Below, one piece after another: positions 48,985-61,927 of a stretch of DNA of 64,000 bases (within the stretch, counting starts at the first letter, position 1; every line of letters starts with the position of its first letter). The notes under the pieces were generated by a model. That model was not told where the DNA came from. It saw only the letters and a program-made list of their open reading frames with translations, and ran no database searches. The stretch lies in the NCBI GenBank assembly GCA_951406725.2, contig OX597820.1, positions 58,590,001 to 58,654,000 of the forward strand, written 5' to 3'. This DNA comes from Octopus vulgaris (Eukaryota). Made by a program: the position numbers and the translations under genes.

Positions 48985-49535
48985 ATATCTATTACATAAA
49001 ATCCGTTCTGTGTGTGTGTGTGTGTGTGTCTTTTAGGGTCTCGGGCATCCTCCATCCGATTGCGCTCAAATTTGATATATAGATACCGACGGTATCAGAG
49101 CGTGTATAAGTCTTTAAAAAATTACAAAAATCGATTCCAGGTGAGAATGCGATCGGTAAAGTCGTGGGAACGTGCATTTGTACGCGCAAGTACATCAGCT
49201 GTTGCGATAGATACTACGCGTACGCGAGAAAAATACAGTGCAGTTTGCGCAAAAAAGCCGGCTGGCTTGAAATAATGCCACAAAATGCAGTATATTTAAC
49301 AGACCAAAAAACTAAGATGCAAAAGAGATATTTTTTTCAAACTTGGCATGAAGGAAGGAAAGACTATTTGGTTTCTCAAGAAGTTTTTTTTTTGCGTTAA
49401 CTTCGTTTAACAAAACCCAAAAAATTATTGAAATAAAAGCATGCTTAATTATTTTTAAATGAAAAGAAAACACTGATTGCTTTTTATTCAGCAGATATGA
49501 CTCAGCACCGTGCGTTTTGCTCGTAATAATATATT
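48985..49535 (+). mobile_element. Possible Helitron/HINE-like non-autonomous element
   Basis: A|TCTATTACATAAAA start, (TG)n tract, CCGATTGCGCTCAAATTTG motif; 3' end not resolved. Confidence 0.35.
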
Positions 49536-49691
49536 AAGTATGTATGTATGTATGTATGTATGTATGTATGTATGTATGTATGTATGTATGTATGTATGTA
49601 TGTATGTATGTATGTATGTATGTATGTATGTGTGTGTGTATGTATATATATATATATGTATGTAGAAAGATAGACAAACAGGCATACAGAC

Positions 49692-49726
<35 letters not shown>

Positions 49727-49780
49727 ATAAATACACACACATATACACACACACACATATACATACATACATACATACAT

Positions 49781-50195
49781 ACATATAAAATTAATAACCA
49801 TTTTACAAACAATAACTCTGAGCACCTTTTCAAACTCCACCCGTCTAACACCCGTAGACATATTTACAAAGTCAGAAAACAGCACAGCTCCCATGACTTA
49901 AGAAAACATTATTTCACGCTGAGAGTTGCTGAAGCATAGAACAAACTGCCGGCATCAGTTGTTAGTTGTCGGAGCACTGCATCCTTCAAAACTTCCATGC
50001 TTTCTGAGATTCGCCAACACTACACCTGATTTTCTCCCCTCTATACACACAGGCATGTATCTGACTCATACATTGTTCGCTTTCCAGACATTTGTACATT
50101 ACTGCATATACTTTATACGCACTTTTTGACAAGTTGTGGTGCACCTGAGCACTGTATACAATAATTTCATTATTATTATTATTATTATTATTATT
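49781..50195 (+). mobile_element. CR1-clade LINE 3' end
   Basis: NTRRHIYKV..RKHYFTLRVAEA*NKLPASVVSCRSTASFK, then a 3' UTR and (ATT)n tail. Confidence 0.8.
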
Positions 50196-50605
50196 GAGTG
50201 AGAGAGCAGTTCATGCCATCAAAGTGACACTGGGGTAAAATATACGAAGCCCAATATACCCATCATGACTAGCCGTCTGATAAGGGTACACCAGGCACAT
50301 GCATCACAACCAAATGTGCGCGACATAGTGATCTCATATCAAGATAAACAGCACATGACCTTGCAGGTGGAGCCCAGTTAGAATTTTCTTCAGGTTGAGT
50401 AGCCCATCCCGCTCAAAAGGTCCCTGAATAAGGGTTGTTTAAGGATGTTGAAAAAACCACCCATGTTTCCAGAGGTGAATTATTCAAACCCCCAAAGAAT
50501 CCCTCTCAACACATGGCTATGATGCTCCCCCACTACTTCTGCTCGTGATCAGAGATGCACATATCGTCAGCCGCTAAGGGACATGCTCAACTGGTTAAGG
50601 TCAAA

Positions 50606-50606
<1 letters not shown>
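50196..50606 (-). mobile_element. ~410-bp non-coding element embedded in (TAA)n, copy 1
   Basis: Near-identical to 54139-54547 with the same ends; flanked by (ATT)n on both sides. Confidence 0.85.
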
Positions 50607-50642
<36 letters not shown>

Positions 50643-51232
50643 CATACATACATACATACATACATACATACATACATACATACATACATACATACATACA
50701 TACATACATACATGCATGTATACATACATATAAATACATACGCAGTCATGTTTATATTTATGCATATCTTAAATGTACGCTGTGGGTTGGCCATCCTATG
50801 CCAAAAATAACATTGTTCACCATGAGCAGGAATTAAAAACATGTAATACAGTTTATGTGAACGAATATAAAAGTCTTGTGTGTGTATTAGTGCGTGTATG
50901 CGTTTGTGTTTGTATGAGAAAGAGAGACAGAGAGAGAAAGCGAGAGGCTGAGAGAGAGAGAGAGAGAGAGAGAGAGTGAGAGAGAGAGACAGAGACAGAG
51001 ACAGAGGGGGAGGCCGTCGTTCATTTGCAACATTGTTTATAGCGATAAGTGAAATTGTTCGCTGTGATATACAGAAATGTTTGTCAACAGGACATGATTT
51101 TACAATGGTTTCTTATTCAATTGCATTCCCTCCCTCCCCCCAACCCCACCATGCACACGGTCAAACACGCAATCGTCTCCGCTTGCTATACTGCATTTAT
51201 CAAATAGGCGCTAACCCGTTAACAGCAGGAAA

Positions 51233-51313
51233 ATGTTGGGTGCAGTGGTGACCATTTTGGCTGCTTTCAACGCCGCCCTAAACCAGTATGGATATGAAGC
51301 CCATCCATTTGCA
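51233..51313 (+). CDS. Candidate exon of an unidentified gene (MLGAVVTILAAFNAALNQYGYEAHPFA)
   Basis: Unique, more GC-rich island with ATG and a gttagt donor in phase 0; no recognised homology. Confidence 0.25.
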
Positions 51314-51361
51314 GTTAGTAATGTCTTCGTTTTCATTCATTCATTCATTCATTCATTATTA

Positions 51362-51405
<44 letters not shown>

Positions 51406-51608
51406 GAGTGAGAGAGCAGTTCATGCCGTCAAAGTGACACTGGGGTAAAATATACGAAGCCCAATATACCCATCATGACTAGCCGTCTGATAAAGGTACA
51501 CCAGGCACATGCATCACAACCATATGTGCGCGACATGGTGATCTCATATCAAGATAAACAGCACATGACCTTGCAGGTGGGGCCCAGTTAGAATTTTCTT
51601 CAGGTTGA

Positions 51609-51610
<2 letters not shown>
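51406..51610 (-). mobile_element. (TAA)n-embedded element, truncated copy 2
   Basis: Matches the left half of 50196-50606; flanked by (ATT)n. Confidence 0.85.
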
Positions 51611-51639
<29 letters not shown>

Positions 51640-52357
51640 GAGCTGGCAGGAATCGTTAGCACGCCGGGCGAAATGCTTAGCAGTATTTCGTGTGCCGTTA
51701 CGTTCTGAGTTCAAATTCCGACGAGGTCGACTTTGCCTTTCATCCTTTCGGGGTCGATAAATTAAGTACCAGTTACGCACTGGGGTCGATGTAATCGACT
51801 TAATACCTATGTCTGTCCTTGTTTGTCGCCTCTGTGTTTAGCCCCTTGTGGGTAATAAAGAAATAGGTATTTCATCTGTTGTTACATTCTGAATTCAAAT
51901 TCTGCCGAGGTTGACTTTGCCTTTCATCCTTTCGGGGTCGATAAATTAAGTACCAGTTAAGCACTGAGGTCGATATAATCGACTTAATCTGTTTGTCTGT
52001 CTTTGTCTGTCCTATCTGTGTTTAGCCCCTTGTGGGTAGTAAAGAAATAGGTATTACGTCTGCCGCTACATTCTGAGTTCGAATTCCGCCGAGGTCGACT
52101 TTGCCTTTCATCCTTTCGGGGTCGATAAATTAAGTACCAGTTAAGCACTGGGGGTCGATATAATCGACTTAATCCGATTGTCTGTCCTCTCTGTGTTTAG
52201 CCCCTTGTGGGTAGTAAAGAAATAGGTATTTCGCCTGTCAATACGTTCTGAGGTCAAATTCCGCCGAGGTCGACTTTGCCTACCATCCTTTCGGGGTCGA
52301 TAAATTAAGTACCTCCTCTGCCCAAAATTTCGGGCCTTGTGCCTAGAGTAGAAAAGG
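51640..52357 (+). mobile_element. SINE family B with four tandem body units
   Basis: Units start at ~51681, 51866, 52050 and 52225; single head and single tail. Confidence 0.9.
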
Positions 52358-52772
52358 GAAAGACTTCCGTCCCCCACCCACTCATTTTCTCCCAAATTTG
52401 TTTATTTCTTAAATTTTTTTGCTCCGTTTTCGGATTCGGAGGTTCCGGAAAATTGCCAAAATTCAACATTGTTAAATTCTCCCCCTTCCCTCAGCCAAAT
52501 TCTTCAATTTTGACATTTTCCATCAACACTAACTCTAACCCTACCCTAAAATCCTAACCCTAAAACCATAACCCTAACCGTAACTACAGAATTGTGTGGA
52601 AATTTTTGTCCAAATCATAATGTCCGTATTTTTTTCCGCATATTTAGGGGGAAAAAATTCTTAAAAAAAATTTTACTAAAACTTTTGGAAATTTTTTTTC
52701 AGAATCATAATCTCAGTATTTTTCCGCATACTTAAAAAAAAAAATTATGAAAAAAAAAATCCAAAAATTTAT

Positions 52773-52935
52773 AGGCATAGGAGTGGCTGTGTGGTAAGTA
52801 GTTTGCTTACCAACCACATGGTTCCAGGTTCAGTCCCACTGCGTGGCACCTTGGGCATGTATATTCTTCTATAGCTTCAGGCCGACCAAAGCCTTGTGAG
52901 TGGATTTGGTAGACGGAAACTGAAAGAAGCCCGTC

Positions 52936-52995
<60 letters not shown>

Positions 52996-53185
52996 GTGTG
53001 TGTGTGCATGTATGTGTGTGTGTATACGTTTGTGTGTCTATGTTTGTCCCCCCAACATCGCTTGACAACCGATAGAATAAGTACTAGGCTTACAAAGAAT
53101 AGGTCCTGGGGTCGATTTGCTCGACTAAAGGCGGTGCTCCAGCATGGCCACAGTGAAATGACTGAAACAAGTAAAAAAGTAAAAA
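52773..53185 (+). mobile_element. SINE family A
   Basis: Matches 19596-19998 with an internal deletion. Confidence 0.9.
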
Positions 53186-53352
53186 AATGAAGGAAATGGT
53201 GTGGGTAGGGTTTCGGGGTAATTTTAAAATGCCGATTTTTACAATTTTTTTTTGCAGATTCGTATTCCCCGTAGCTGAAAAAGTGGGTTTGTGTGGAAAA
53301 AAAAAATATTGAGAAAAAAAGGGTGTTTGGTGGGGGTTCTAGCCTAGAAAAG

Positions 53353-53408
<56 letters not shown>

Positions 53409-53425
53409 CATCATCATCATCATCA

Positions 53426-53459
<34 letters not shown>

Positions 53460-53535
53460 CATCATTATTATTATCATCATTATTATCATCATCATCATTA
53501 TTATCATCATCATCATTATTATTATTATTATTATA

Positions 53536-53609
<74 letters not shown>

Positions 53610-53617
53610 CATTATTA
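53353..53617. repeat. Long compound (ATT)/(ATC) microsatellite
   Basis: Direct reading; source of the poly-I and poly-N ORFs. Confidence 0.97.
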
Positions 53618-54088
53618 AGGTGGTGAGCTAACAGAATCGTTAGCGCGATGGGCAAAATGCGTTGCGTCATTTCGTCCGTTCTTACGTTCTGAGTTCAAAT
53701 TCCGCTGGGGTTGGCTTTGGGTAGAGAGGAAAGTGTAGTCTTCTAGCCAGTTTGCTAAAAGGCGGGTGAAAGTGACGAGAATGGAGCGAGTGAACGGGCC
53801 AAGTCTGAGCATACGACTGTAGTTGGAGAAAAGGAAAGAAAAAAAGGCCCCTGCCCCAAAAGTTAGGTTACCCACGCTATTTTTTATGGATTTTTTTTTA
53901 TGAAGAGCCCTCTAACGACTCCTCCATATTGGGGATGCATGTTGGTGATTTTTTTTTCATTATATTAATCTTGTTTATACGCAAAACTCTCACAACAACA
54001 ACAACAACAACACACACACACATATTCTTTATTTTGTCCTGTACTCTCCATAAGGTCTTAGTGTAAATCCTGGCGGTTAATAAAGAAA

Positions 54089-54138
<50 letters not shown>

Positions 54139-54546
54139 GAGTGAGAGAGCAGTTCGTGCCATCAAAGTGACACTGGGGTAAAATATACGAAGCCCAATAT
54201 ACCCATCATGACTAGCCGTCTGATAAGGGTACACCAGGCACATGCATCACAACCATATGTGCGCGACATGGTGATCTCATATCAAGATAAACAGCACATG
54301 ACCTTGCAGGTGGGGCCCAGTTAGAATTTTCTTCAGGTTGAGTAGCCCATCCCGCTCAAAAGGTCCCTGAATAAGGGTTGTTTAAGGATGTTGAAAGAAC
54401 CACCCATGTTTCCAGAGGTGAATTATTCAAACCCAAAGAATCCCTCTCAACACATGGCTAAGATGCTCCCCCACTACTTCTGCTCGTGATCAGAGATGCA
54501 CATATCGTCAGCCACTAAGGGACATGCTCAACTGGTTAAGGTCAAA

Positions 54547-54547
<1 letters not shown>
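54139..54547 (-). mobile_element. (TAA)n-embedded element, copy 3
   Basis: Near-identical to 50196-50606. Confidence 0.85.
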
Positions 54548-54609
<62 letters not shown>

Positions 54610-54728
54610 ATGGGTTCTTCCGAGAGTAGTGCAAAAGTCGGCATAACTTTTTCATTAACTGACACAGATCGTTTAAATTTGTTCATGTTGGTAGTGTAAT
54701 TTTCCTTCTATATAATGTTACAATTTAG

Positions 54729-54991
54729 CAAAACCTCCATCACAAGCCAGCGTTGAACCTGTCTCCTGAAAACTCTTTGAAGAAAATTCAGGTGGGCACT
54801 GTCGTATCCACTTATTTACAACAGTGTTAAGAAAGTAGAAAGCATTTTTTGAGCTACTTACAGAGGAAGATAAGAATTGCAATGGACTTGCTAAATTTGC
54901 TGAAAGGAGAAAGAATTGGATATATTTCGAGCGAATGAGCATACAGCTCGAATGTACCTTCAAGAATGCCGGAAACTGTTGTTGGGAAAAG
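54729..54991 (+). other. Coding-like island: possible exon(s) or pseudo-exon of the unidentified gene
   Basis: ag acceptor at 54728, donors after 54791 and 54991; no single open frame spans it. Confidence 0.2.
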
Positions 54992-55451
54992 GTAGATACT
55001 ATTGATAGACAGACAGAGCCATCTTAGCAGCAATATAGGCCCCCAGATAAGTCAATACACCGTTCACTATAGCATATATTTGCCACAACATACGCAGATC
55101 AGAGCTGGGCCCCGGGATCCGTGAGACTCTCGGGCAAATCACTGCATTGGGTTCTATAGGATTTATCAATTTTTAAAAAATTAGTACCCTAGACTTGTGA
55201 GGTCCCTGGGTGACTTGCCCAATGTACCAATGCCTCAAAACGGCACAGTAGACAGGCAATACTGCCGAGTTCTTCACATAACCTTTTAGTGGCTATCATG
55301 TTCATTCAACATACACATATCCTTTTTATTTATGCTGTTGTTTTCCACTCCTATTTCCTTTGTATTCCTTTGTATATACTCCCATTACTGGTTTCTGAAT
55401 GGATACGTCAACCTCGAACAAAAGTAAAGATTGGTTTAGTAGCATTTTATA

Positions 55452-55557
<106 letters not shown>

Positions 55558-55704
55558 CGCACCCCACATTACATACACATTAAGAGTTTTACCTTAATTG
55601 GTTTTTAGAATAGGCTTTTGTCACTATAAGTAATATCGGGCAAAGTTACATAATTTTTACTTTATTCACGAGACATGGTGTTTTTTTGCAAAATGGCATC
55701 TAAA

Positions 55705-56009
55705 AGGCGTGGCCGTGTGGTTAGAAGCTTGCTTTCCAACCACATGATTCCGGGGTTCGGGCCTACTCCGTGGTACCATGGGTAAGTGTCTTCTACCGTA
55801 GCTTCGGGTCGATCAAAACCTTGTGAGTGGATGTAGTAGACAGAAAACTGAAATAAGCCCATCATATAATACATTTATGAGTACGTGCGTGTATGTGTGT
55901 GTCTTTGTGTTTGCCTCCCCCACCACCATCGCTTTACAACCGGTGTTGGTGTGTTTACATCCCTGTAACTTAGCGGCTTAAGACATCGATTGAATAAATA
56001 CCAAGCTTA

Positions 56010-56010
<1 letters not shown>
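55705..56010 (+). mobile_element. SINE family A (diverged)
   Basis: tRNA-like head and body are recognisable. Confidence 0.75.
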
Positions 56011-56061
<51 letters not shown>

Positions 56062-56225
56062 TGTATGTATGTATGTATAAGTACTTGAGCGACTGAGAGA
56101 GAGAGAGAGACAGACAGACAGACATAGACAGTGTGAGAGTAGGGTGGAGGGAGGGAGACAGTTGGAGACACTGCCAATTATAAATAATAGGTGAACATGC
56201 CTGCATGAAATGTGTCTTGGAGAAA

Positions 56226-56297
<72 letters not shown>

Positions 56298-56538
56298 CAG
56301 ACAGATGAATGTATGTATGAGTACGTGCGTGTGTGTGTGTGTCAGTTCGAAATGAGCACAACCCTCATACAAGCGGCGGCAGTTTTTCTTGGAAAACGTA
56401 TCAGGCTTAGAAGAAACTTTGCTTGGCTTGAAAACAGATGAGGCTTTGTAGCAAGAAGAGCATTTGGAAGTAGGACATTTACCCCAAGAAATTACATCTG
56501 ACCCGTGCAAGCATGGAAAAGTGGACGTTAAACCGATA

Positions 56539-56611
<73 letters not shown>

Positions 56612-56783
56612 ATTATTATTATTATATGTAGAAAAATACAAACTGGGACAAGAACGTAAAACATTTAGAAGACGATACAAAAAACACGGACGGGACATTC
56701 GAAGCCTTCAATCTTCAGTCAAGAACCGGATCATCCTCGCAATTTCGGCTGATTAATCTTGAGATCGCTCCGATATATATATA

Positions 56784-57191
56784 TACATTATCGAGCGATT
56801 GCTGTTTCAATCTCATTCTGAGATTTAATTATGCTTACTGTCCGTTTTTCGACATCAGTGGCAGACGCCATTAGAAAAACTTATATATGTTTGCAAAGCA
56901 GCCTTCACTTTCATCGTGACCTGGTGGTTACCGCCTGTTGACGAGGGACAACAATCCCGAAACTAGTTCGAGCGTATCACTCAGGCTTGCGAGGAAGGGA
57001 TGGCCTCCCTTTGCAAATACTCCAAGGACACTGATATTGTGTCTAAAGCCAGCTAGAGACGAAGATCTCTTGGGGCTATAAAGCTACAGTAACACCCCCT
57101 CCCCAATGTGGTTAGCCATCATAAGATGGCTTCTATACTTTACATTATCGAGTGATTACTGTTTCAATCTCATTCTGAGATTTAATTATGC
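56784..57191 (+). mobile_element. 357-bp unit with 51-bp terminal direct repeat (Penelope pLTR / retrozyme-like)
   Basis: 56784-56834 repeats at 57141-57191 with 2 mismatches; (TA)n on both flanks; internal hammerhead motif. Confidence 0.7.
56932..56974 (+). ncRNA. Minimal type-I hammerhead ribozyme motif
   Basis: CGCCTG-TTGACGA-GGGA caacaa TCCC-GAAA-CTA-GTT-CGAGCG; perfect stem II, palindromic stem III ACTAGT; C3 appears as T. Confidence 0.6.
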
Positions 57192-57370
57192 CTATATATA
57201 TATATGTGTGTGTGTGTGCTAGTGTGTGTATGTGTGAGTGTATATGCATGTATATATAAGTGTGTGTGTGCGTGCGTGCGCGCGCGCGTGTATGTGTGAA
57301 TTTAGATATTAAGGAAAACGTACTCAACACAAGTAGAGTTTATTAACCTATTTGAAATAAATTTAAAACG

Positions 57371-57411
<41 letters not shown>

Positions 57412-58129
57412 CACACACACACTCACACACACACACACACACACACACAAACAAACAGATACATTACATGCATGAATGTACAGTCCTAGTCAATAGTCAT
57501 ACTAGAAAGATAGATAAGATTTACTATTTTTATGAATATGATTTAATGTAAAGATAAAACCTATCTATCTACTAGATATTTGCAAGTAACAAAGTTTATT
57601 TAAACTAAACATTATTACCTATTGTCATATGTGAAGCATGAAATATTATTTCATAAATTTGTCATCATTTTTGACATTTGTTTATAAATTTGTCTCAAAT
57701 ATTTACCTTTGCATACAAATGGATTCACTTTCAAAAAATAAACAACTCCTTGAGTATATTTTTTGCTACTGTCCAGAAAGCTTTATTTTGATTTTGGATA
57801 CAAACTATTTAACCAGCAGCGGATGAAGGGGTATTGCCCTAGTTTCCCGGGCAACATCCTTTCTAACGGAGCCAACACCCCAAAAATCAGGACCAAGGTT
57901 TTTCGGGCAACAGTCAAGAGAAGGGAGTCAACTCTTACTTGAATAGGAGTTGCCGAATTTACTAGGTGTTGCCTGACCTGCCCACTAGAGTGCTATTTTT
58001 TCTGAAACTTTTGGGCAACACCCACCAAAAAATCCTGGATTTCCCCCCGTTAACTGATCAAACTTTCATGTCACAGTTTTTCAAACCGAAATGCATGATT
58101 CATAGTCTTTGTGTCGCTCCTCATTTACA

Positions 58130-58356
58130 TCTTATTTCTTTATTGCCCACAAGGGGCTAAATATAGAGGGGACAAACAAGGGCAGACAAAGGGATTAAGT
58201 CGATTACATCGACCCCAGTGCGTAACTGGTACTTAATTTATCGACCCCGAAAGGATGAAAGGCAAAGTCGACCTCGGCGGAATTAGAACTCAGAACGTAA
58301 AACAGATGAAATACCGCAAAGCATTTCGCCCGGTGTTTCTACCAGCTCGCCACCTT
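58130..58356 (-). mobile_element. SINE family B
   Basis: Reverse complement of the family B unit. Confidence 0.85.
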
Positions 58357-58810
58357 ATTTACCCATTTACATCTAGTAGTGTACAGCTCCCCATCATTTA
58401 AACATTGTGAAATATTTTCTACTGTCTTCAAATTATGTAGCGCTAACGGTGACTAGAATAGAGTGAATAGAATAGAAAATAGAATAGAATAGATCGCCTT
58501 TTTTAGATTTTCCTGATAATACGCGCGCACGCACCCGTCGTTTGTGCAAAGATGTCTGACGAAATGGTCTGGTTATGTTGCTTTATGATAAAATAATCAT
58601 ACTACGGATACGTACGTAACATAACCGAACCATTATCTCCATTCATATTCGTGCGTGCATGTGTGTGTGTGTGTGTGTGTGCCTGCGTGCATGCGTGCGT
58701 GCGTGTGTACGTGCGTACATTTACATACACACACACATATATATGTATGTATGTGTATGTTTGTAACTATCTGTCTATCCTATATATATTATTTGATTTT
58801 ATTTAACCAG

Positions 58811-59017
58811 GTGAAATGCTACAATGGTATTAAAACAATGGACACAAAATTTCATCTCAACTACTCGGATAACACGCTGGCCTTAACTGTTATTGCAGCA
58901 CCAGATATGTTTGAGAAGGCCATGAAACCTTTTATTTGCAAATCAGATATTGATGAAATCCTCAAGAAAAGTCCAACTGATGAATGTAACAAATACTACT
59001 TGCAGAAATTTTGGGAT
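58811..59017 (+). CDS. Candidate internal exon of an unidentified protein (VKCYNGIKTM...YYLQKFWD)
   Basis: ccag| acceptor, |gtaagt donor, 207 nt open in phase 0-0, non-repetitive composition. Confidence 0.5.
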
Positions 59018-59172
59018 GTAAGTCATTAAATATTTCATATCTAAGCATATGTATTTGATTTAGATTCCCGATCGGAACTAATGCACTTCGAGAAAGACAT
59101 AAATAAACATTACAAACGTACCTCTTTCATGATATTAAATTCAGATATTCTTGGAGAGAGGATCCTCTAAAT

Positions 59173-59352
59173 CAGTGATTTCGACCATTTTTTTTTTGCC
59201 TATGGACACTTTTGATTTCTATTAGGAATTGTATTAAAATTGTATTAAAAAATTGTTAAAATTTTTGTATTGTAGAAGTTAAAACCAAATTTTAATAATA
59301 AAATCTTACATGGAAGCCCAAGGGCCATATGGACGCCGCTTGAGAACCACTG
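59173..59352. mobile_element. hAT (Charlie-like) MITE
   Basis: CAGTGATTTC...GAGAACCACTG ends; TSD CTCTAAAT/GTCTAAAT. Confidence 0.75.
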
Positions 59353-59980
59353 GTCTAAATAGTCGTTTGACCTGTCAGTTATACTGGCCAGGTCTCCTTT
59401 TATTCATAGCATGCGCTGTTGAGAAAAATAGGGCTCTTCAAATAATGTAAAGGCGATGAGCCAAACAGAAAGATTTTTGATCCATGATATGCACGAACAG
59501 AGTTCACCTGGGGTTAAGTTGTAACTACAAGATCGTATCATACTGTCTTAAAAATGAAAGAACATCAAATCATGTAGTTCTACATATGTTAAGTCTAGAT
59601 AAAGTATTGATAATCATGTTAATGGTTAGAAGGTTGACCTGGTGCAAGAAAAATGTCAAGGTTAAAAACAAAAAACGCTCCCACCTATCTTTGTCAACCC
59701 TCGGCAAGAACCAGCCTGTGGCTACTAGGCTTGTATGAATTAACAATCAAATCTGTCAATTGTCAGTCACCTAAGTATCTTACAGTTGTCTGTGACGCAA
59801 ACGTAGCTTATAGTATTGTATGTTACATGGGTATATGTAACACCAATGCTTATTACACGAATATTTACTAACGATGGCTGACATACATACATACATACAT
59901 ACATACATACATACATACATACATACATACATACATACATACATACATACATACATACATACATACACAACGTATATGTA

Positions 59981-60556
59981 CACAGACGTGCAGGAAGTAA
60001 ATAGACAGCTTTAGTTTTCAAAATCTTTTATTTGATATTAATTGGTTGGAGGAGGGATTTGCTTCTAGCCGCTCGTCCATAATACCGACTCTTGCAAATA
60101 TGTAACACACGTTCTTGGACTAACTTCTAGCTGTTTTGCAATGTCAGAAGCCTTCGAACGGGGTTCGTTTTCCACAATTCTCTTCAAACAGCGAATCTTC
60201 CTTTCCAAGGGCCCAGGTCAGCCGGGACGAGAATCTGTTGATTTTTTTCCTTGGCTTTTGAATTGCACTATAATTCTATTAACAGTAGCATGAGGAATTT
60301 GAAGATTTTCGGCAATTTTTCGCTGGCTAAGACCAGCCTCAGATTGCCCAGCAATACGACCTCTTTGAAAATCTGACAGTTCTGCTGAATTTTTTTTGCG
60401 TGGCATGGCTACTCTTTGCAAATATTTAACATAATGGCACCTGGAATAAAAAAGAATAATTACATTGTAAATTCTACACCGCTGAAAACATATTAAAACG
60501 CTTAGATCAGAAATTTTGAAAATTAAAGGTGTCTATTTACTTCCTGCATGTCTGTG
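59981..60556 (-). mobile_element. Internally deleted Tc1-like transposon
   Basis: TA-flanked TIRs CACAGAC(G/A)TGCAGGAAGTAAATAGACA; transposase N-terminus [35 protein letters not shown] with a premature stop; no DDE domain. Confidence 0.9.
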
Positions 60557-60572
60557 TATGTATGCATGTATG

Positions 60573-60624
<52 letters not shown>

Positions 60625-60884
60625 TACATACATACATACATACATACATACATACATACATACATACATACATACATACATACATGTATATAACTAAATA
60701 ACTGGCACTCCGTCAGTTACGACGACGAGGGAGGGTTCTAGTTGATCCGATCAACGGAACAGCCTGTACGTGAAATTAACGTGCAAGTGGCTGAATACTC
60801 CACTGATACGTGGACCTTTAACGTAGGGAGATTTTCCGTGGCACAGAATGTGACAAGGTTGGCCCTTTGATATATATGTATATA

Positions 60885-60929
<45 letters not shown>

Positions 60930-60933
<4 letters not shown>

Positions 60934-61105
60934 ATTTGACTGCGTCCATGCTGAAGCACCGCCTTTAGTCCAACAAATCGACCCCAGGACTTATTCTTTG
61001 TAAGGCTAGTACTTATTCTATAGCTCCCTTTTGCCGAGCCGGTAAGTTACGGGGACGTGAACACACCAGTATCGGTTGCCAAGCGATGGTGGGACACACA
61101 CACAC
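60930..61105 (-). mobile_element. SINE family A 3' half
   Basis: Matches the 3' domain. Confidence 0.8.
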
Positions 61106-61506
61106 ATTCTTCAAATGTACAGAAAATAAAAGACAAAGACAGGTGAGGGAACAGCAGGTCGGTTCGTTCGTTTGACCCTCGAGCCTACGCTCTTCAACTT
61201 GTGGGTTCTCCTGTCGTAGATGACAGACGAGTGCTTTCTGCAATTACTTGCACAGTTGACTTGTTTATAGTGATCAAATACTTGTGTTGTACATTAACTT
61301 ACTCGCTCCATTGAACCGATGCTACCTGTACAGGTGCACGATGTCTTGCATCAGCTGTCGAAGTAATCGTAGAACTAAGTGATATGAAACACTTTGCTCA
61401 AGAACACGACTCACCGTTCGCTACATAAATCCTAAACACGATTCTGTAATCGTGAGCGCAACCCCCAAACCCCGCGTCTTTACACATACGTATAAATACA
61501 CACAGA

Positions 61507-61548
<42 letters not shown>

Positions 61549-61703
61549 CGTGTGCGTGCGTGTGCGTGCGTGTGCGTGTGTTATCTAAGGAACACAGTAT
61601 TTAAATGCGAGCTACTGTTAGTTTCTTGCATCTGATAATACGATGGTCGGACAAGTTTGTCTTGTGTGTCCTGTATTTTCAAGTAATCATTCACATTTAA
61701 AAT

Positions 61704-61736
<33 letters not shown>

Positions 61737-61927
61737 TGAGTGTGCGTGTGTGTATGTGTGTATGCGCGCGTGTTTTCTATAGAGGTTGTGCGACAATTTT
61801 TATTTTACATGAATGTGTTGCATTAATGTATGAAAATTTTACACAGTTGTCTGTGACAACGATGCCTGCAACACCCAATTTAGACCAAACGTTTGTCTGT
61901 TTCATGAGTACGTATTACAATAATGTA

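Noticed and set aside
50560-50580. CTGACGA on the minus strand of the TAA-embedded element as a hammerhead core
   Set aside because: No stem II followed by GAAA could be built.
52869-53670. Poly-Ile and poly-Asn ORFs, and other YI/HT/CV/ER/poly-F/poly-S ORFs across the window
   Set aside because: Translations of microsatellites.
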